NCBI GenBank assembly: GCA_964405825.1
Contig: CAYOPI010000008.1
Span: 8,309-72,308 of the forward strand
DNA length: 64,000 nt
Reading direction: 5' to 3'
Origin: an uncultured Opitutales bacterium
GTDB taxonomy: Bacteria; Verrucomicrobiota; Verrucomicrobiia; Opitutales; JBHJGM01
Every line of letters begins with the position of its first letter. Position 1 is the stretch's first letter. The position numbers were made by a program, and so were the translations under genes. Shown here piece after piece: positions 38,675-49,164 of the stretch. Below the pieces are notes generated by a model, which was not told the origin of the DNA, ran no database searches, and was given only the letters and a program-made list of their open reading frames with translations.

Positions 38675-39328
38675 ATGCGTTGGGGTGCCCTCTTTGACTG
38701 GGACGGGGTCGTCATTGATTCCTCCCGTCAGCATGAACTCAGTTGGGAGCAACTTGCCCGCGAGGAGGACCTTGCGCTGCCCGCCGACCATTTCCACCGG
38801 GGCTTTGGCCGCAAGAACACCTGGATTATCCCCAACATCCTGGGCTGGGCGGACGAACCCTCCGAAATCGCCCGCCTGGGCGAGCGCAAGGAGTGGCTCT
38901 ACCGCGAAATTCTGAAGGCCGAGGGCATCGAGCCGCTTCCGGGCGTCAAGCCCCTGCTGGAAAGCCTGCGCGAGGCCGCGGTCCCGCGGGCGGTCGGCTC
39001 CTCCACGCCGCGCGTCAACATCGAGACCATTCTCGGCCTGCTCGGCCTGGAGGGCATCTTCGACGTGATTGTGGCCGCTGAAGATGTCCGCCAGGGCAAG
39101 CCCGATCCCGAGGTCTTCCTCAAGGGCGCCGCCGCCATCAAGTGCGAACCGGCCCGCTGCATCGTTTTTGAGGACATGCCGGTGGGCCTTCAGGCGGCCC
39201 GGGCCGGCGGCATGAAAGCCGTCGCCGTCACCACCAGCAAGCCCCGCGACGAACTCACCGCCGCCGACCGCATCGTCGACTCCTTCGAGGAACTCACTTT
39301 GCCTGACCTGCAGTCCCTCGTCTTTTGA
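38675..39328 (+). CDS. HAD family phosphatase (beta-phosphoglucomutase-like)
   Basis: FDWDGVVIDS, GSS, GKPDPEVFL, VFED. Confidence 0.92.
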   Translation: MRWGALFDWDGVVIDSSRQHELSWEQLAREEDLALPADHFHRGFGRKNTWIIPNILGWADEPSEIARLGERKEWLYREILKAEGIEPLPGVKPLLESLREAAVPRAVGSSTPRVNIETILGLLGLEGIFDVIVAAEDVRQGKPDPEVFLKGAAAIKCEPARCIVFEDMPVGLQAARAGGMKAVAVTTSKPRDELTAADRIVDSFEELTLPDLQSLVF

Positions 39329-39350
39329 ACCGCATCACCCCCTCCCGCCG

Positions 39351-40697
39351 ATGAACCCCCTGAAATGGAAACTGCACTGGCAGATCTTCGCCGCCCTGGC
39401 GCTGTCGATCCTGACCATGTTGATCCTGCGCTCGGGGGGCCTCCAGGAGAGCGCCTTCGCCCGGGACCTGATCGGGGTGTGCAAGTTCGGCGGGGAGTTG
39501 TTCCTGCGCGCGCTGAAGATGATCGTCGTCCCGCTGATCGTCAGTGCGATCATCTCGGCGGTCATCGGGCTGGGCTCGGAAAAGAATTTCGGTCGGCTCA
39601 GCGTGAAGGTGTTTTCCTACTACTTTTCCTCGGGCTTTCTCGCGGTGGCCACGGGCCTGCTGATGGTCAACCTGATTCAGCCCGGCTCGGTCGAAGTCGA
39701 GACCGCCGAAAAGATGCTCGCGCAGCAGGGCGACGCCGACGCGCTGCTCGAACGGGCCGAAGGCCGCTCCACGGGCGACTTTGTCGACGTGCTCCTGCGC
39801 ATGATACCGACCAACGTGGTCGAGGCGGCCACCAGCAACGGCAGCCTGCTGGGCGTCATCGTGTTTTCCCTGCTCTTCGGCTACTTTGTGACGCGGGTTT
39901 CCGGCGCGCACCACGACAGCCAGAAGGCGTTCTGGGACGGAGCCTACGCGGTGATGGTCAAGTTTGCGGAGTTTGTCATCCGCTTTGCGCCGCTCGGCGT
40001 TTACGGGCTGGTGACGCCCAAGCTGATCGAGACGGGCTGGGAACTGTTCATTCCGCTGGCCAAGTTCACTGCGACGGTGGGTCTGGCGCTGGGATTCCAC
40101 CTCCTGGTCACTCTCTCGATCGTGCTGTTTGTCTTCGGGAGAACCAACCCACTGGCGCACCTGCGCGGGATGGGCGCGGCCTTGCTGACGGCCTTCTCGA
40201 CCGCCTCCTCCGTCTCCACCCTGCCGGTAACGCTCAAGTGCGTGCGCGACAACGCGAAGGTTTCGCGGCGCGTCTCCAGCTTCACGCTGCCTCTGGGTGC
40301 GACGGTCAACATGGACGGCACGGCGCTCTACGAATGCGTGGTCGTGATTTTCATCGCGCAGTTCCAGGGCGTGCTGGATCCCTCGCTGTCTTTTGGGGTG
40401 ACCGAGCAGCTGACCGTCGTCCTGCTGGCCCTGCTGACGTCCATCGGGGTGGCGGGCATCCCGGCGGCCAGCCTGGTGGCGATCATCGTGATCATGGAAG
40501 CCCTGGGGCTCAACGTGGAGTTCATCGCTATCGTCTGGGTCGTCGATCGCATCCTGGACATGTGCCGCACGGCCGTGAACATCTACTCCGACAGCGTCGG
40601 GGCGGTCGTCATTGCGCGGACGGAGGGGGAGACGCCTTACGCCGCCGAAACGCCTGCGGAACCTGCCCCGGAGGTCCCTGCCAGAGCCGCGGATTAG
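39351..40697 (+). CDS. Dicarboxylate/amino acid:cation symporter (DAACS, GltP-like)
   Basis: FLRALKMIVVPL, AFSTASS, LPLGATVNMDGT, SIGVAGIP, DRILDMCRTAVN. Confidence 0.95.
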   Translation: MNPLKWKLHWQIFAALALSILTMLILRSGGLQESAFARDLIGVCKFGGELFLRALKMIVVPLIVSAIISAVIGLGSEKNFGRLSVKVFSYYFSSGFLAVATGLLMVNLIQPGSVEVETAEKMLAQQGDADALLERAEGRSTGDFVDVLLRMIPTNVVEAATSNGSLLGVIVFSLLFGYFVTRVSGAHHDSQKAFWDGAYAVMVKFAEFVIRFAPLGVYGLVTPKLIETGWELFIPLAKFTATVGLALGFHLLVTLSIVLFVFGRTNPLAHLRGMGAALLTAFSTASSVSTLPVTLKCVRDNAKVSRRVSSFTLPLGATVNMDGTALYECVVVIFIAQFQGVLDPSLSFGVTEQLTVVLLALLTSIGVAGIPAASLVAIIVIMEALGLNVEFIAIVWVVDRILDMCRTAVNIYSDSVGAVVIARTEGETPYAAETPAEPAPEVPARAAD

Positions 40698-40761
40698 GGT
40701 TTGCCACCCCGATGGGCGAGCTGTTGCATAGTGATAGATTCCGGGTCGCTTTCCCGAGCTG

Positions 40762-41121
40762 ATGAAATCCCCCTTCTTGCGTCTGTGCCTTCTTCCCCTG
40801 GGCCTTGCCGCCGCGCTGCTGGCGGGCGGCTGCTCCATGGGGTTCCCGCTGGTGCCGCCCATGCACCCGCTGATGCTGATTGAGAGAACGCCGGCGCTGG
40901 AGTCCCCCGCCTTGCCCGAGGCACCTCGCGCGGTTGCACTGACCGACGCAAATCCGGTCACTCAGCCGAAGCAGATTGGGTCCATCGAGGCGGATCCCAT
41001 CCTCCAGCAACTGATGGCTTCGCCCGTTGCCGAAGCCCTGCCCGAGAACGAGACCCCGGCGGATCCGTCCGGGCCCGCCGCCTTCCAGGCGGTTTCCCTG
41101 CGCTTTGACTGGGGCCGCTAA
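40762..41121 (+). CDS. Small Pro-rich putative lipoprotein
   Basis: Lipobox LLAGGC after a positively charged N-terminus; no family recognised. Confidence 0.5.
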   Translation: MKSPFLRLCLLPLGLAAALLAGGCSMGFPLVPPMHPLMLIERTPALESPALPEAPRAVALTDANPVTQPKQIGSIEADPILQQLMASPVAEALPENETPADPSGPAAFQAVSLRFDWGR

Positions 41122-41244
41122 GGCCCGGCTGCGGTCGCTGCAAATCCGGGCTGGTACGCGCCGGAGCCCCCGGCTAGCGTCGCCCACGTTTTTTCCGGAA
41201 TCCTTCCGGGATCCGCCTGTCGATAGCTCCGAGCCACTTCTGTC

Positions 41245-42102
41245 ATGTCATTGCTGGACCAGCTCACCGCGGTCATTCCGTGCAAGAACGAGGAGAAGAA
41301 CATCGACACCTGCCTGGGGCGGCTGGAGGGGTTCTGCCGTTGCGTCGTGGCCGATTCCGGCAGCACCGACAACACTCTGGCCATCGCCGAGCGCCACGGC
41401 GCCACCATCCTGCAGTTCGAGTGGAATGGCCAGTTCCCCAAAAAGCGTAACTGGGTGCTGCGCACACACGACTTCCAGACCCCCTGGGTGATCTTCCTGG
41501 ACGCGGACGAGTTCGTTACGCCCGAGTTCCGCGCTGAACTAAAGGCAACCCTCCCGGACACTCCCCACAACGGATTCTGGCTTTCCTACAACAACTACTT
41601 CATGGGCCGACTGCAGCGCTACGGGGTGCCGATGCGCAAGCTGGCCCTGCTGCGTGTGGGCAAGGGCGAGTACGAGTTCATCCCCGACAACCGCTGGACC
41701 CAGTGCGACATGGAGGTGCACGAGCACGTCATCGTGGAGGGTACGGTCGGCGAGATCCGCTCACACATCATTCACCATGACCAGAAGGATCTCGAGGCCC
41801 TCATCGCGCGGCACAACAGCTACTCCACCTGGGAGGCTCACCGTTACCAGCACCTGGTCGAGCACCGGGACGAGAAATGGGCCGAGCTGACCTTCCGCCA
41901 GCGCACCAAGTACCGCCTGCTCAATAGTTTGTGGTTTGGTCCGTTCTACTTCGTGGTGAACTACGTGCTCAAGCGCGGCTTCCTCGACGGCTGGACGGGC
42001 TTCAAGTTCAGCCTCTTCAAGGCCTACTACTTCTTCCAGATCTACATCAAGATTCAGGAGCTGCGCCGCCAGCCCAAGGCCATCGAGAGCGACGCCTCGT
42101 AA
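41245..42102 (+). CDS. Glycosyltransferase family 2
   Basis: IPCKNEE, DSGSTD, FLDADE, VHEH, GFLDG..G. Confidence 0.93.
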   Translation: MSLLDQLTAVIPCKNEEKNIDTCLGRLEGFCRCVVADSGSTDNTLAIAERHGATILQFEWNGQFPKKRNWVLRTHDFQTPWVIFLDADEFVTPEFRAELKATLPDTPHNGFWLSYNNYFMGRLQRYGVPMRKLALLRVGKGEYEFIPDNRWTQCDMEVHEHVIVEGTVGEIRSHIIHHDQKDLEALIARHNSYSTWEAHRYQHLVEHRDEKWAELTFRQRTKYRLLNSLWFGPFYFVVNYVLKRGFLDGWTGFKFSLFKAYYFFQIYIKIQELRRQPKAIESDAS

Positions 42103-42124
42103 AGGGCCGCTTCGTCCGACAATC

Positions 42125-43609
42125 ATGCCACAGCCTCATCGCGCTCCCCCGGATGTCTCGCTGACCGTGCGCGAGCGGCTGCTGCTGCCGGTTCTGGCGG
42201 CCAGTATCGTTTTTCCGGCCTGGAACGTGGGGGGCATCAGCCAGTGGTCGGAGTGGGTCAACCTGGCGCTGGGCGCGGCGGGCCTGCTGCTGCTGATCCT
42301 GCCCATGCCCGGGGGCAAGAAGGAGCGGCACTGGCACCTGAACCCCTCGCGCAACCTCGGCCGGCTTCTGCGCTTTCCGGTATTCTGGCTCGGGCTGTTC
42401 TTCCTGTTCTACGTGATGCTCTCGCTCTCGAACAACTGGGCGATCTTTCACAGCGATGGCTTGCGCTGGTGGCTGGTATCCGTCGACTCAATCGGCTGGC
42501 TGCCCTCGTCGGTGCACGCGCCCTACGGGGCACACAACGGGCTGCGCACTCTGGTGCAATGGTCCGGGCCGTTCCTGATTGTCTGCGTCTACTGGGTCGC
42601 TCTGGTGCGCCGCCGGCTGACGTCGTGGCTGCTCGCCCTGGCGATCGGCAACGCGGGGGTCTTTGCCGTGCTCGCCTTCCTCCAGCAGGCCAACAGCCCG
42701 CAGTTCATCCTGGGTTTCCTGCCGGTCGGCCCCAATCTCAGCCCCTTTGGCACCTTCGTGAACGCCAACGCCGCCGGCATGTTCCTGTACCTGCACCTGG
42801 CCGCGGCCCTTGGGCTGACCCTGGCGCTGGCCCGCGACACGGCCCGGGGCTGGCAAAGTCTGCTCGGACTCGTGCTGACCATCGCGGTGGCGGCGGTCAT
42901 CACGGCGGGCCTGGTCGGAACGGTCAGCCGGGCGGCCCTGCTTTTTGGCGCGCTGCTGCTGGTGGGTTTCTCCGTGAGCGCTCTCTGGCGCATGCGGCAG
43001 GCTGGACCCTCCGAGCGGCTGCGCCTGGGACTGCTGATGGGTGGGGCGACGTTGGCCGGCGCGGCGGCGATCACCTTTTTCTTCGGACGCGACACCAGCA
43101 AGCTGGAGACGGAGGCCGCCAGTCTGGTCGAAGCCCTCAGGAATCCCGCCAGCGAGGTGCGTTTCCAGGTCATGGGAACCGCCGCCTCCATGTACGCCGC
43201 CAAGCCCATTCTGGGGTGGGGGCCCAACGGTTTCCGCTACGCCTATCCGGAATTCCAGAGCCAGTCGGACTCGCTCTGGGTCTCGGGTCAGTCGGCCAAA
43301 GTCCGCTCCTTCTTCGACTACGCCCACACCGACTGGCTGCAGATCCCCATTGAGTTCGGGCTGCTCGGTACGGTTCCGTTGCTGCTGATGCTGGGCTGGT
43401 GGGGCTGGCAGGTGGGGCGTTTCCGCTTTACCGTCGGCTCGGTCGAAGCCGGGCTGCTGCTGGCCGCCGTGCTGGCCCTGGCCCACGCCACCTTTGACTT
43501 TGTGTTCTACAACCCACCGGTCCTGACGCTCTTCGGGCTCTGGCTTTGCCTGGCCGTGCGCCGCCTTCAACTCAACGAGCGCCGCTCGCGCCGGACACTT
43601 CGCCGATGA
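42125..43609 (+). CDS. O-antigen ligase (Wzy_C) family protein
   Basis: Multi-TM; FGTFVNAN, SRAA, R..PILGWGPNGF, AHTDWLQ..EFG, HATFDF. Confidence 0.88.
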   Translation: MPQPHRAPPDVSLTVRERLLLPVLAASIVFPAWNVGGISQWSEWVNLALGAAGLLLLILPMPGGKKERHWHLNPSRNLGRLLRFPVFWLGLFFLFYVMLSLSNNWAIFHSDGLRWWLVSVDSIGWLPSSVHAPYGAHNGLRTLVQWSGPFLIVCVYWVALVRRRLTSWLLALAIGNAGVFAVLAFLQQANSPQFILGFLPVGPNLSPFGTFVNANAAGMFLYLHLAAALGLTLALARDTARGWQSLLGLVLTIAVAAVITAGLVGTVSRAALLFGALLLVGFSVSALWRMRQAGPSERLRLGLLMGGATLAGAAAITFFFGRDTSKLETEAASLVEALRNPASEVRFQVMGTAASMYAAKPILGWGPNGFRYAYPEFQSQSDSLWVSGQSAKVRSFFDYAHTDWLQIPIEFGLLGTVPLLLMLGWWGWQVGRFRFTVGSVEAGLLLAAVLALAHATFDFVFYNPPVLTLFGLWLCLAVRRLQLNERRSRRTLRR

Positions 43610-44073
43610 CCGCCCGCCTCCCGTTTCCATGCAAAAGGCGGAGCCTTTCCCTGGCCCAGCTCGCGCTGCTGACGCTCGTCTGCCTGGCATTGAACGGCTG
43701 TGAGGGCCGCGACTACCGGGTGAACTTCCTCTACTATAGCATCCTGGGCAAGGCGGTGTACTTCCCCGAGAACGAGGATGGACACCGCAGCCCGCTGGTC
43801 GTCGACGTCGAGCACCTGCGCACCTACAACCTCGACCTGTTGCGCGAACGCACCCGCGAATTGGAGGACGGACGGATTGCTCACGAGGCCGACATCCGTT
43901 TCGTCTGCCAGCTCGAGCCCCGCTTCTTCGTCGAGGTGCTGGCCACGATTTACTTCATCAAGGATCTGCGCGACCCCTGGAACGTCGAGTTCCGCGGCTT
44001 TGAGCAGACCGGCTACAGGCTTGCCGGCAACTGGACGCGACCTCTTCCTCCGGCCTGGTCCCGGGAGCCATAG
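43606..44073 (+). CDS. Hypothetical lipoprotein
   Basis: ATGA overlap with the ligase stop; lipobox LALNGC. Confidence 0.6.
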   Translation: MTARLPFPCKRRSLSLAQLALLTLVCLALNGCEGRDYRVNFLYYSILGKAVYFPENEDGHRSPLVVDVEHLRTYNLDLLRERTRELEDGRIAHEADIRFVCQLEPRFFVEVLATIYFIKDLRDPWNVEFRGFEQTGYRLAGNWTRPLPPAWSREP

Positions 44074-44088
44074 CCCGGCGGTGTCTGC

Positions 44089-45429
44089 GTGAAAAAGGTA
44101 CTCGTTAGCATCTTTCAGCGTTTCGCGAGCCATCGCGGCTTTCGCAAGTACTTCAAGAACACTTCGTGGATTCTGGGAGGGCAGGCCTTCCGCATGGGCA
44201 TTGGCCTGGTCGTGTCCGTGGCGATCGCCCGACACCTCGGGCCCGAGGACTTCGGGCTGTTCAATTTCGTGCAGGCGGTGCTCGCGCTGATGAGTCCGGT
44301 GGCCATCCTCGGGCTGAACCACGTGCTGCGCCGGGAGACGGTCGAGGAGCCCGAGAATCGTGACGAGTTGCTGGGCACCTGGTACGGACTTACCCTGGCA
44401 TCCTCACTGGCCTTGTTCGTCGGCGCCGTTGTCATTGCAGGTGTGTCGGAACTGCCTCGAAGGGAGTTCGACCTCTACCTCACCATCTGCGCGGTGGTAT
44501 TGCTGCAGCCATTGAGTTGTATCCCCATCTGGTTTTTCTCGCAGGTGCGGGCGCAGCTGTCGGTTCTCGCTGTGAGTCTGACCCTTTTGCTGATGGCAGC
44601 GGTGCGGTTGCTCTTGATTTATCTGGGTGCCGAGCTGCGCTGGTTTGCCCTCGCCCTGCTGGTGGAGATGGTCGCGGTGGCCTTCGTGCAAGCCTGCTTC
44701 TACCTCAAGCACTACGCCAGCCCCACGCTCTGGCGGTTTTCACGTGAGCGCGCCAGGCGCTTCCTGCGCAATTCCTGGCCGCTGATCATCACGGGGCTGG
44801 CCATGGCGCTGAACCAGAAGGTCGATCAGTTGGTCCTCGGCTCCCTGATCGGCAAGAGCGAACTGGGTGACTATGCCTCGGCCGTGCGCATCTGCCTGAT
44901 CTGGTCTTTTGCGCCGGGCATGCTGGCAACCTCGCTGTTCACGGCCATCATCCATGCCAAACAACGCGGAGAGGACATCTACCGCCGGCGCCTGCAGTAC
45001 TACTTTGATCTGAATGCGGCCCTCGGCCTGGCGATTGCGCTTCCGTTGTCGCTGCTGGCTCCCTGGATCATCGATTTGCTCTACGGCGACCAGTTCGCCG
45101 GAGCCGCGCCCATTCTCTCCGTCTACGCATGGGGCACGGTTTTCGCCTTTCTGATGGTGGCCCGGATGCAGTGCATCGTGGCCGAGAACCTGATGCGTTT
45201 CTCGATGGTCTCGATGGTGCTGGGCGCGTTGGTCAATCTGGTGCTGAACTTTGCCCTGGTGCCCCATTTTGCCGGGGTGGGGGCAGCCTGGGCCTCGGTG
45301 CTCTCGCTGGCCTTTGTCGTCTTCGGGACGACCTTGGGCTGGCGCCGCACCCGCCCGATCGGAATTCAGCTACTGCATTCCCTGCTCTTTGTTCTGCGAT
45401 TGCATCGGCTGAAGCCCTCCGGCAACTAA
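44089..45429 (+). CDS. wzx: Wzx-type polysaccharide flippase
   Basis: KYFKNTSW, ARHLGPEDFG, KVDQLVLG..LGDYA.A, NLVLNFALVP..G..GAA. Confidence 0.9.
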   Translation: MKKVLVSIFQRFASHRGFRKYFKNTSWILGGQAFRMGIGLVVSVAIARHLGPEDFGLFNFVQAVLALMSPVAILGLNHVLRRETVEEPENRDELLGTWYGLTLASSLALFVGAVVIAGVSELPRREFDLYLTICAVVLLQPLSCIPIWFFSQVRAQLSVLAVSLTLLLMAAVRLLLIYLGAELRWFALALLVEMVAVAFVQACFYLKHYASPTLWRFSRERARRFLRNSWPLIITGLAMALNQKVDQLVLGSLIGKSELGDYASAVRICLIWSFAPGMLATSLFTAIIHAKQRGEDIYRRRLQYYFDLNAALGLAIALPLSLLAPWIIDLLYGDQFAGAAPILSVYAWGTVFAFLMVARMQCIVAENLMRFSMVSMVLGALVNLVLNFALVPHFAGVGAAWASVLSLAFVVFGTTLGWRRTRPIGIQLLHSLLFVLRLHRLKPSGN

Positions 45430-45460
45430 CCCACAGCGCCTGCCACGCCCGCGAGCCTTC

Positions 45461-46432
45461 ATGTCCAGCCAAAGCATCCAACCCATCTTCCTTTTCTCGC
45501 TGCCGCGGGCCGGCTCGACGCTGCTGCAGCGCCTGGTCGCCCAGAGCCCGGAGGTGTCCACCTGTCCCGAACCCTGGTTGATGCTGCCCCTGGTCTATGC
45601 CTTTGAGCGCCGCCCGATGTTTTCCGAGTATAACTGCCTGATCGGAAACATCGGACTGCGCGAACTGACCCAACTCCTCCCCGAAAAGGAGGCCGACGTG
45701 GACGCCTGCGTGCGCGACTTCGCGCTGAAGATCTACCAGAAGCTGTCCGAGGGCGGCTCACGCTACTTTTTGGACAAGACGCCACGTTACAGCGTGATCG
45801 CGCCCTCGCTGGTCCGCCTTTTTCCGGAGGCGAAATTTGTCTTTCTCTGGCGCAACCCCCTCGCCGTGGTCGCCTCCAATGCCCGCAGTTTCTGGAAGGG
45901 CCGCTTCCGCACCAACCGCATGGAGGTCGACCTGCAGGTGGGCATCCCGGCTCTGGTCGAAGCCGCCGAAGTCCTGGGCGAGCGCGCCGTGCATGTGCGG
46001 TATGAGGAACTTGTCCAGGCCCCGGAGGCCAATCTGGGCATTATTGCCGAGTACCTTGGCCTCGATCCGGAGCCCCTGGTCAGCAATCTCGACAATATTC
46101 CGAAGATCGAGGGCAAGCTGGGTGATCCGACCGGCCAGAACATGTATTCAGGACTGCAGGCCGGCTCGGTTTCCAACTACAGCAAGCTCTGCAGCGGTCT
46201 GCTGCGCAAACGCTGGATACGTCACCACCTCAAGGCCTTTCCCGAGGGCTTCTTCGAGCACACCGGCATCTCCCGCGAGGATCTGCTGGCGCAGGTGCGC
46301 GCCCTGCCCAACTTTAACGCGAAACTCCACATGGATTGCGTCGATACAGTGCTGAACTGGCTCCACTGCCACCTTGACCTGGCCGCCCAAAATGCAAAGT
46401 TCCGTCACCGCCGCTTCATCCCGCGAAACTAG
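45461..46432 (+). CDS. PAPS-dependent sulfotransferase
   Basis: 5'-PSB loop SLPRAGSTLLQR, DKTP, 3'-PB motif RNPLAVVAS, VRYEELV. Confidence 0.9.
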   Translation: MSSQSIQPIFLFSLPRAGSTLLQRLVAQSPEVSTCPEPWLMLPLVYAFERRPMFSEYNCLIGNIGLRELTQLLPEKEADVDACVRDFALKIYQKLSEGGSRYFLDKTPRYSVIAPSLVRLFPEAKFVFLWRNPLAVVASNARSFWKGRFRTNRMEVDLQVGIPALVEAAEVLGERAVHVRYEELVQAPEANLGIIAEYLGLDPEPLVSNLDNIPKIEGKLGDPTGQNMYSGLQAGSVSNYSKLCSGLLRKRWIRHHLKAFPEGFFEHTGISREDLLAQVRALPNFNAKLHMDCVDTVLNWLHCHLDLAAQNAKFRHRRFIPRN

Positions 46433-46626
46433 TGGCTTTTTGCCCTGTCGAAAGCTCGCACGCGGCCATCTGCCATTTGCTGCCGAATCCAGCCCTGCCG
46501 ATGGCCTGAATGCCCAATGCGGGATTTCCCCAAGGTGTGTCCTCGACGCCGGACTTGAATTGATTTTGGACGGCTGCAGGCCCTAGCGTACGCCCAATCC
46601 AACTCACCCACTGACCCTATTGCCGC

Positions 46627-47997
46627 ATGCAGCCGCTCAAGCCAGGCCTTTGCGTCCTGCTGTTTGTCATCGGAGCGACCTCCTACATCGACATTCCGCT
46701 GGTGGCGCGTTTGCCCCTGAGCGAGATCATCGCCTTTGCCTCCCTGCCGGTGCTGATGTCGGGCTTCACGATGAATCCCTATCGTGATCGCTTGAACAAG
46801 GTCGTGATCATCATGGCGGTCTGGGTGGCCGGGGTCGCTTTGTCAGATGTCGTCAATACCGTTTCGCTGAAGGACTTCCTTCGGGGCATGTTCAAACCGA
46901 TCTTCTGTATTTTCTGGGTCTACTTCATCACGATCGTTCTGTCCAAGGAGATGCGCGCCTTCATCTTCTACGGCATCGGGCTGATCTTCGGGGCAATTCA
47001 GAATTTCATCTACCCGATCTCTCCGTGGACGGCCCACTACGCCGAAATCAGTGACTATGGGGCGGTCGCCTTTACCCTGGCCCCAGTGGGCATCGCGCTG
47101 GCCGCCGGGCTGGGAACGCTCATCTACCAGAAGAGCAAGTTGTTCACGGTTGGTCTGTTACTGTTCGCCGGTCTGGCGCTCTTCGTCCTGGGGGCACCGC
47201 GAAACTTTGCCGCGGCCTTGCTGGCGGCCGGTTTTCTGGTGGGCTACATCTGGTACACCACGGCGGGCACCCGCCGACGCACGCGCCTGAAGCCCAACAT
47301 GGCCAAGGTCATCTCCATTGGCGTCTTCTTCATGGCTCTGGGGTACGGTATTTTCATGGCCTACATTTACGCCGCCGACAGCGGCTGGCTGGGTGCCGAG
47401 CAGTGGGCCAAGCTCCAGATGCAGTCCACCACGTCCCTGGGCAAGTCCCCGCTGGGCATCATCATGGGGGGCCGCGCGGGCGTGTTTGCAGCGATTCTGG
47501 CGATCATCGACAACCCCATCATCGGCTATGGCTCATGGAGTGGAATCACTCTGGGGGCGTACCTGTACGAGGCCATGGTGATGGTCGGCGCGGATGCGGC
47601 CAGCCTGGCTATTCTGGCATCGGGCGAAGTCGGTGGGGCCGGGCACTCGGTGCTGTTCCAGGCCTGGGTGGAAAACGGCATTCTGGCCGCGATTTCCCTG
47701 ATGATCATTGGCTGGATCACCATCCAGCAGATCTTCTATCTCCTGCGCATTGACCACCGGCTGGCCCCGCTGATCCTGACCATCGGGCTGATGTTCCTGT
47801 GGGCTTTTCTGTTTTCGCCCTTCAGCACCATCACGCGTTTCCACATCGGCTTCTTCCTTGCCCTGTACATGACCGACGAATTGCAGCGGCGCGTGCTCAT
47901 GCGCGATGCGGCAGAGTTCTACCAGTCCATGCTGCGGCGTCCGCCTCCGCCGCATCCGACAGCGGTGCCGGTGCACACCGGGGTCGGCATGCGATGA
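46627..47997 (+). CDS. Multi-TM polysaccharide polymerase (Wzy)-like protein
   Basis: About 11-12 TM helices, periplasmic loop GR..NPIIGYGS..HS..WVENG; lies between sulfotransferase and GT genes. Confidence 0.7.
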   Translation: MQPLKPGLCVLLFVIGATSYIDIPLVARLPLSEIIAFASLPVLMSGFTMNPYRDRLNKVVIIMAVWVAGVALSDVVNTVSLKDFLRGMFKPIFCIFWVYFITIVLSKEMRAFIFYGIGLIFGAIQNFIYPISPWTAHYAEISDYGAVAFTLAPVGIALAAGLGTLIYQKSKLFTVGLLLFAGLALFVLGAPRNFAAALLAAGFLVGYIWYTTAGTRRRTRLKPNMAKVISIGVFFMALGYGIFMAYIYAADSGWLGAEQWAKLQMQSTTSLGKSPLGIIMGGRAGVFAAILAIIDNPIIGYGSWSGITLGAYLYEAMVMVGADAASLAILASGEVGGAGHSVLFQAWVENGILAAISLMIIGWITIQQIFYLLRIDHRLAPLILTIGLMFLWAFLFSPFSTITRFHIGFFLALYMTDELQRRVLMRDAAEFYQSMLRRPPPPHPTAVPVHTGVGMR

Positions 47998-49109
47998 AGA
48001 TCTGCTTCGTCACCACCATGTCGATCGATCGGCATGCGTCGATGAAGCGCAGTTACGGGATGGGGCCGGTCCTGGCCGAAATGGGCCACGAGGTTTCGAT
48101 GCTGCTGCAGGACAGCGAGGCCAACCGCGAGCGCATTGCCGAGTGCCCTGGAGTCACCCCGATTTACTTCCCGGCCTCCAGCATCACCCAGGAGCGTCGT
48201 TTCAAGAAACAGGCGCTGGCCATCGGCCGCTTCGATGTGACCATGGGCAACTCCATGAGCACGCGCAATTTCGTGCGCCCGCCGCGGGACCAGTCCACGG
48301 TCACGCTGATGGAGCACTGCGAGCTGGAGTCGCTTTTTCTCGGGCGCAGCCGTCCCAAGCGCATGCTCAAGCGCCTGCAGGAACGCGCCAGTCTGCAGGC
48401 CTTCAACGGCACCATCGCCTCCAGCGTGTACCTCTTCAACGTCTTCCGCCACCACCTCTTTCGCATGGGCCTGAAACGCCCGCTGTTGTGGCTGCCTTAC
48501 GCCTATCCCGAAAACTACCTGCAGGCCGACCCGGCCCAGGTGGCTTCCATCCGGGAGCGCTACGGCAACAGGAAGCTCCTCGTCAGCCTGGCCACGCTGG
48601 TGCCCGAGTACGGTTCGCTCTTCTGGCTGGATGCCCTGCAGCAGCTCAAGAAGAAACGCGAGGACTGGCACGCGGTCTTTCTGGGCAAGGGCGAGATCGA
48701 ACAGGCCAAGGCTTATGCCGAGGCCCGCGGCCTTTCCGGCCACGTCGACTACACCGGCTTCGTCGCCGAGAGCGTGGTGCCGGCCCACCTGCACGCCTCC
48801 TCGGTCATGCTCTCCTACCTCACCGACACCGGCCAGGACTGGGCCCGCTGCCCGAGCAAGGTCTACCTCTACATGGCCGCGCGAAAGCCCATTGTGACCG
48901 CGCCCATCGGCGAGAACCGTGCCGCCGTGGGCACGCACGGCTTCTACTACCAGCTCGACAGCGCCGAGAGTGCCGCCGAGCAAATGTCCCGCGCGCTCGA
49001 TGCCTCCGACGAACCCGTCGACTACCCGCTGGACGACCACAGCTGGGAGCGCCGCTGCCTGGACTTCCTGGAGTGGCTCAAGTACAGCTTCCCCCAGGTG
49101 CCGCTGTGA
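47994..49109 (+). CDS. Glycosyltransferase family 4 (GT-B)
   Basis: ATGA overlap; MKICFV, GHEV, PSKVYLYMAARKPIV, SWE. Confidence 0.88.
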   Translation: MKICFVTTMSIDRHASMKRSYGMGPVLAEMGHEVSMLLQDSEANRERIAECPGVTPIYFPASSITQERRFKKQALAIGRFDVTMGNSMSTRNFVRPPRDQSTVTLMEHCELESLFLGRSRPKRMLKRLQERASLQAFNGTIASSVYLFNVFRHHLFRMGLKRPLLWLPYAYPENYLQADPAQVASIRERYGNRKLLVSLATLVPEYGSLFWLDALQQLKKKREDWHAVFLGKGEIEQAKAYAEARGLSGHVDYTGFVAESVVPAHLHASSVMLSYLTDTGQDWARCPSKVYLYMAARKPIVTAPIGENRAAVGTHGFYYQLDSAESAAEQMSRALDASDEPVDYPLDDHSWERRCLDFLEWLKYSFPQVPL

Positions 49110-49164
49110 GCGCATCTTCAGCGTTGCAGGGGCGTCGCGGCGGATTCATCGTCCACGGCTTCGC

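Noticed and set aside
39294-40961. 555-aa minus-strand ORF and 465-aa alternative-frame ORF over the DAACS gene
   Set aside because: Overlap a confidently identified transporter; Arg/Gly/Ala-rich with no motifs.
46433-46626. 194-bp intergenic gap inside the glycan cluster as possible ncRNA or JUMPstart/ops element
   Set aside because: No ops consensus or convincing structure seen; most simply an internal promoter region.
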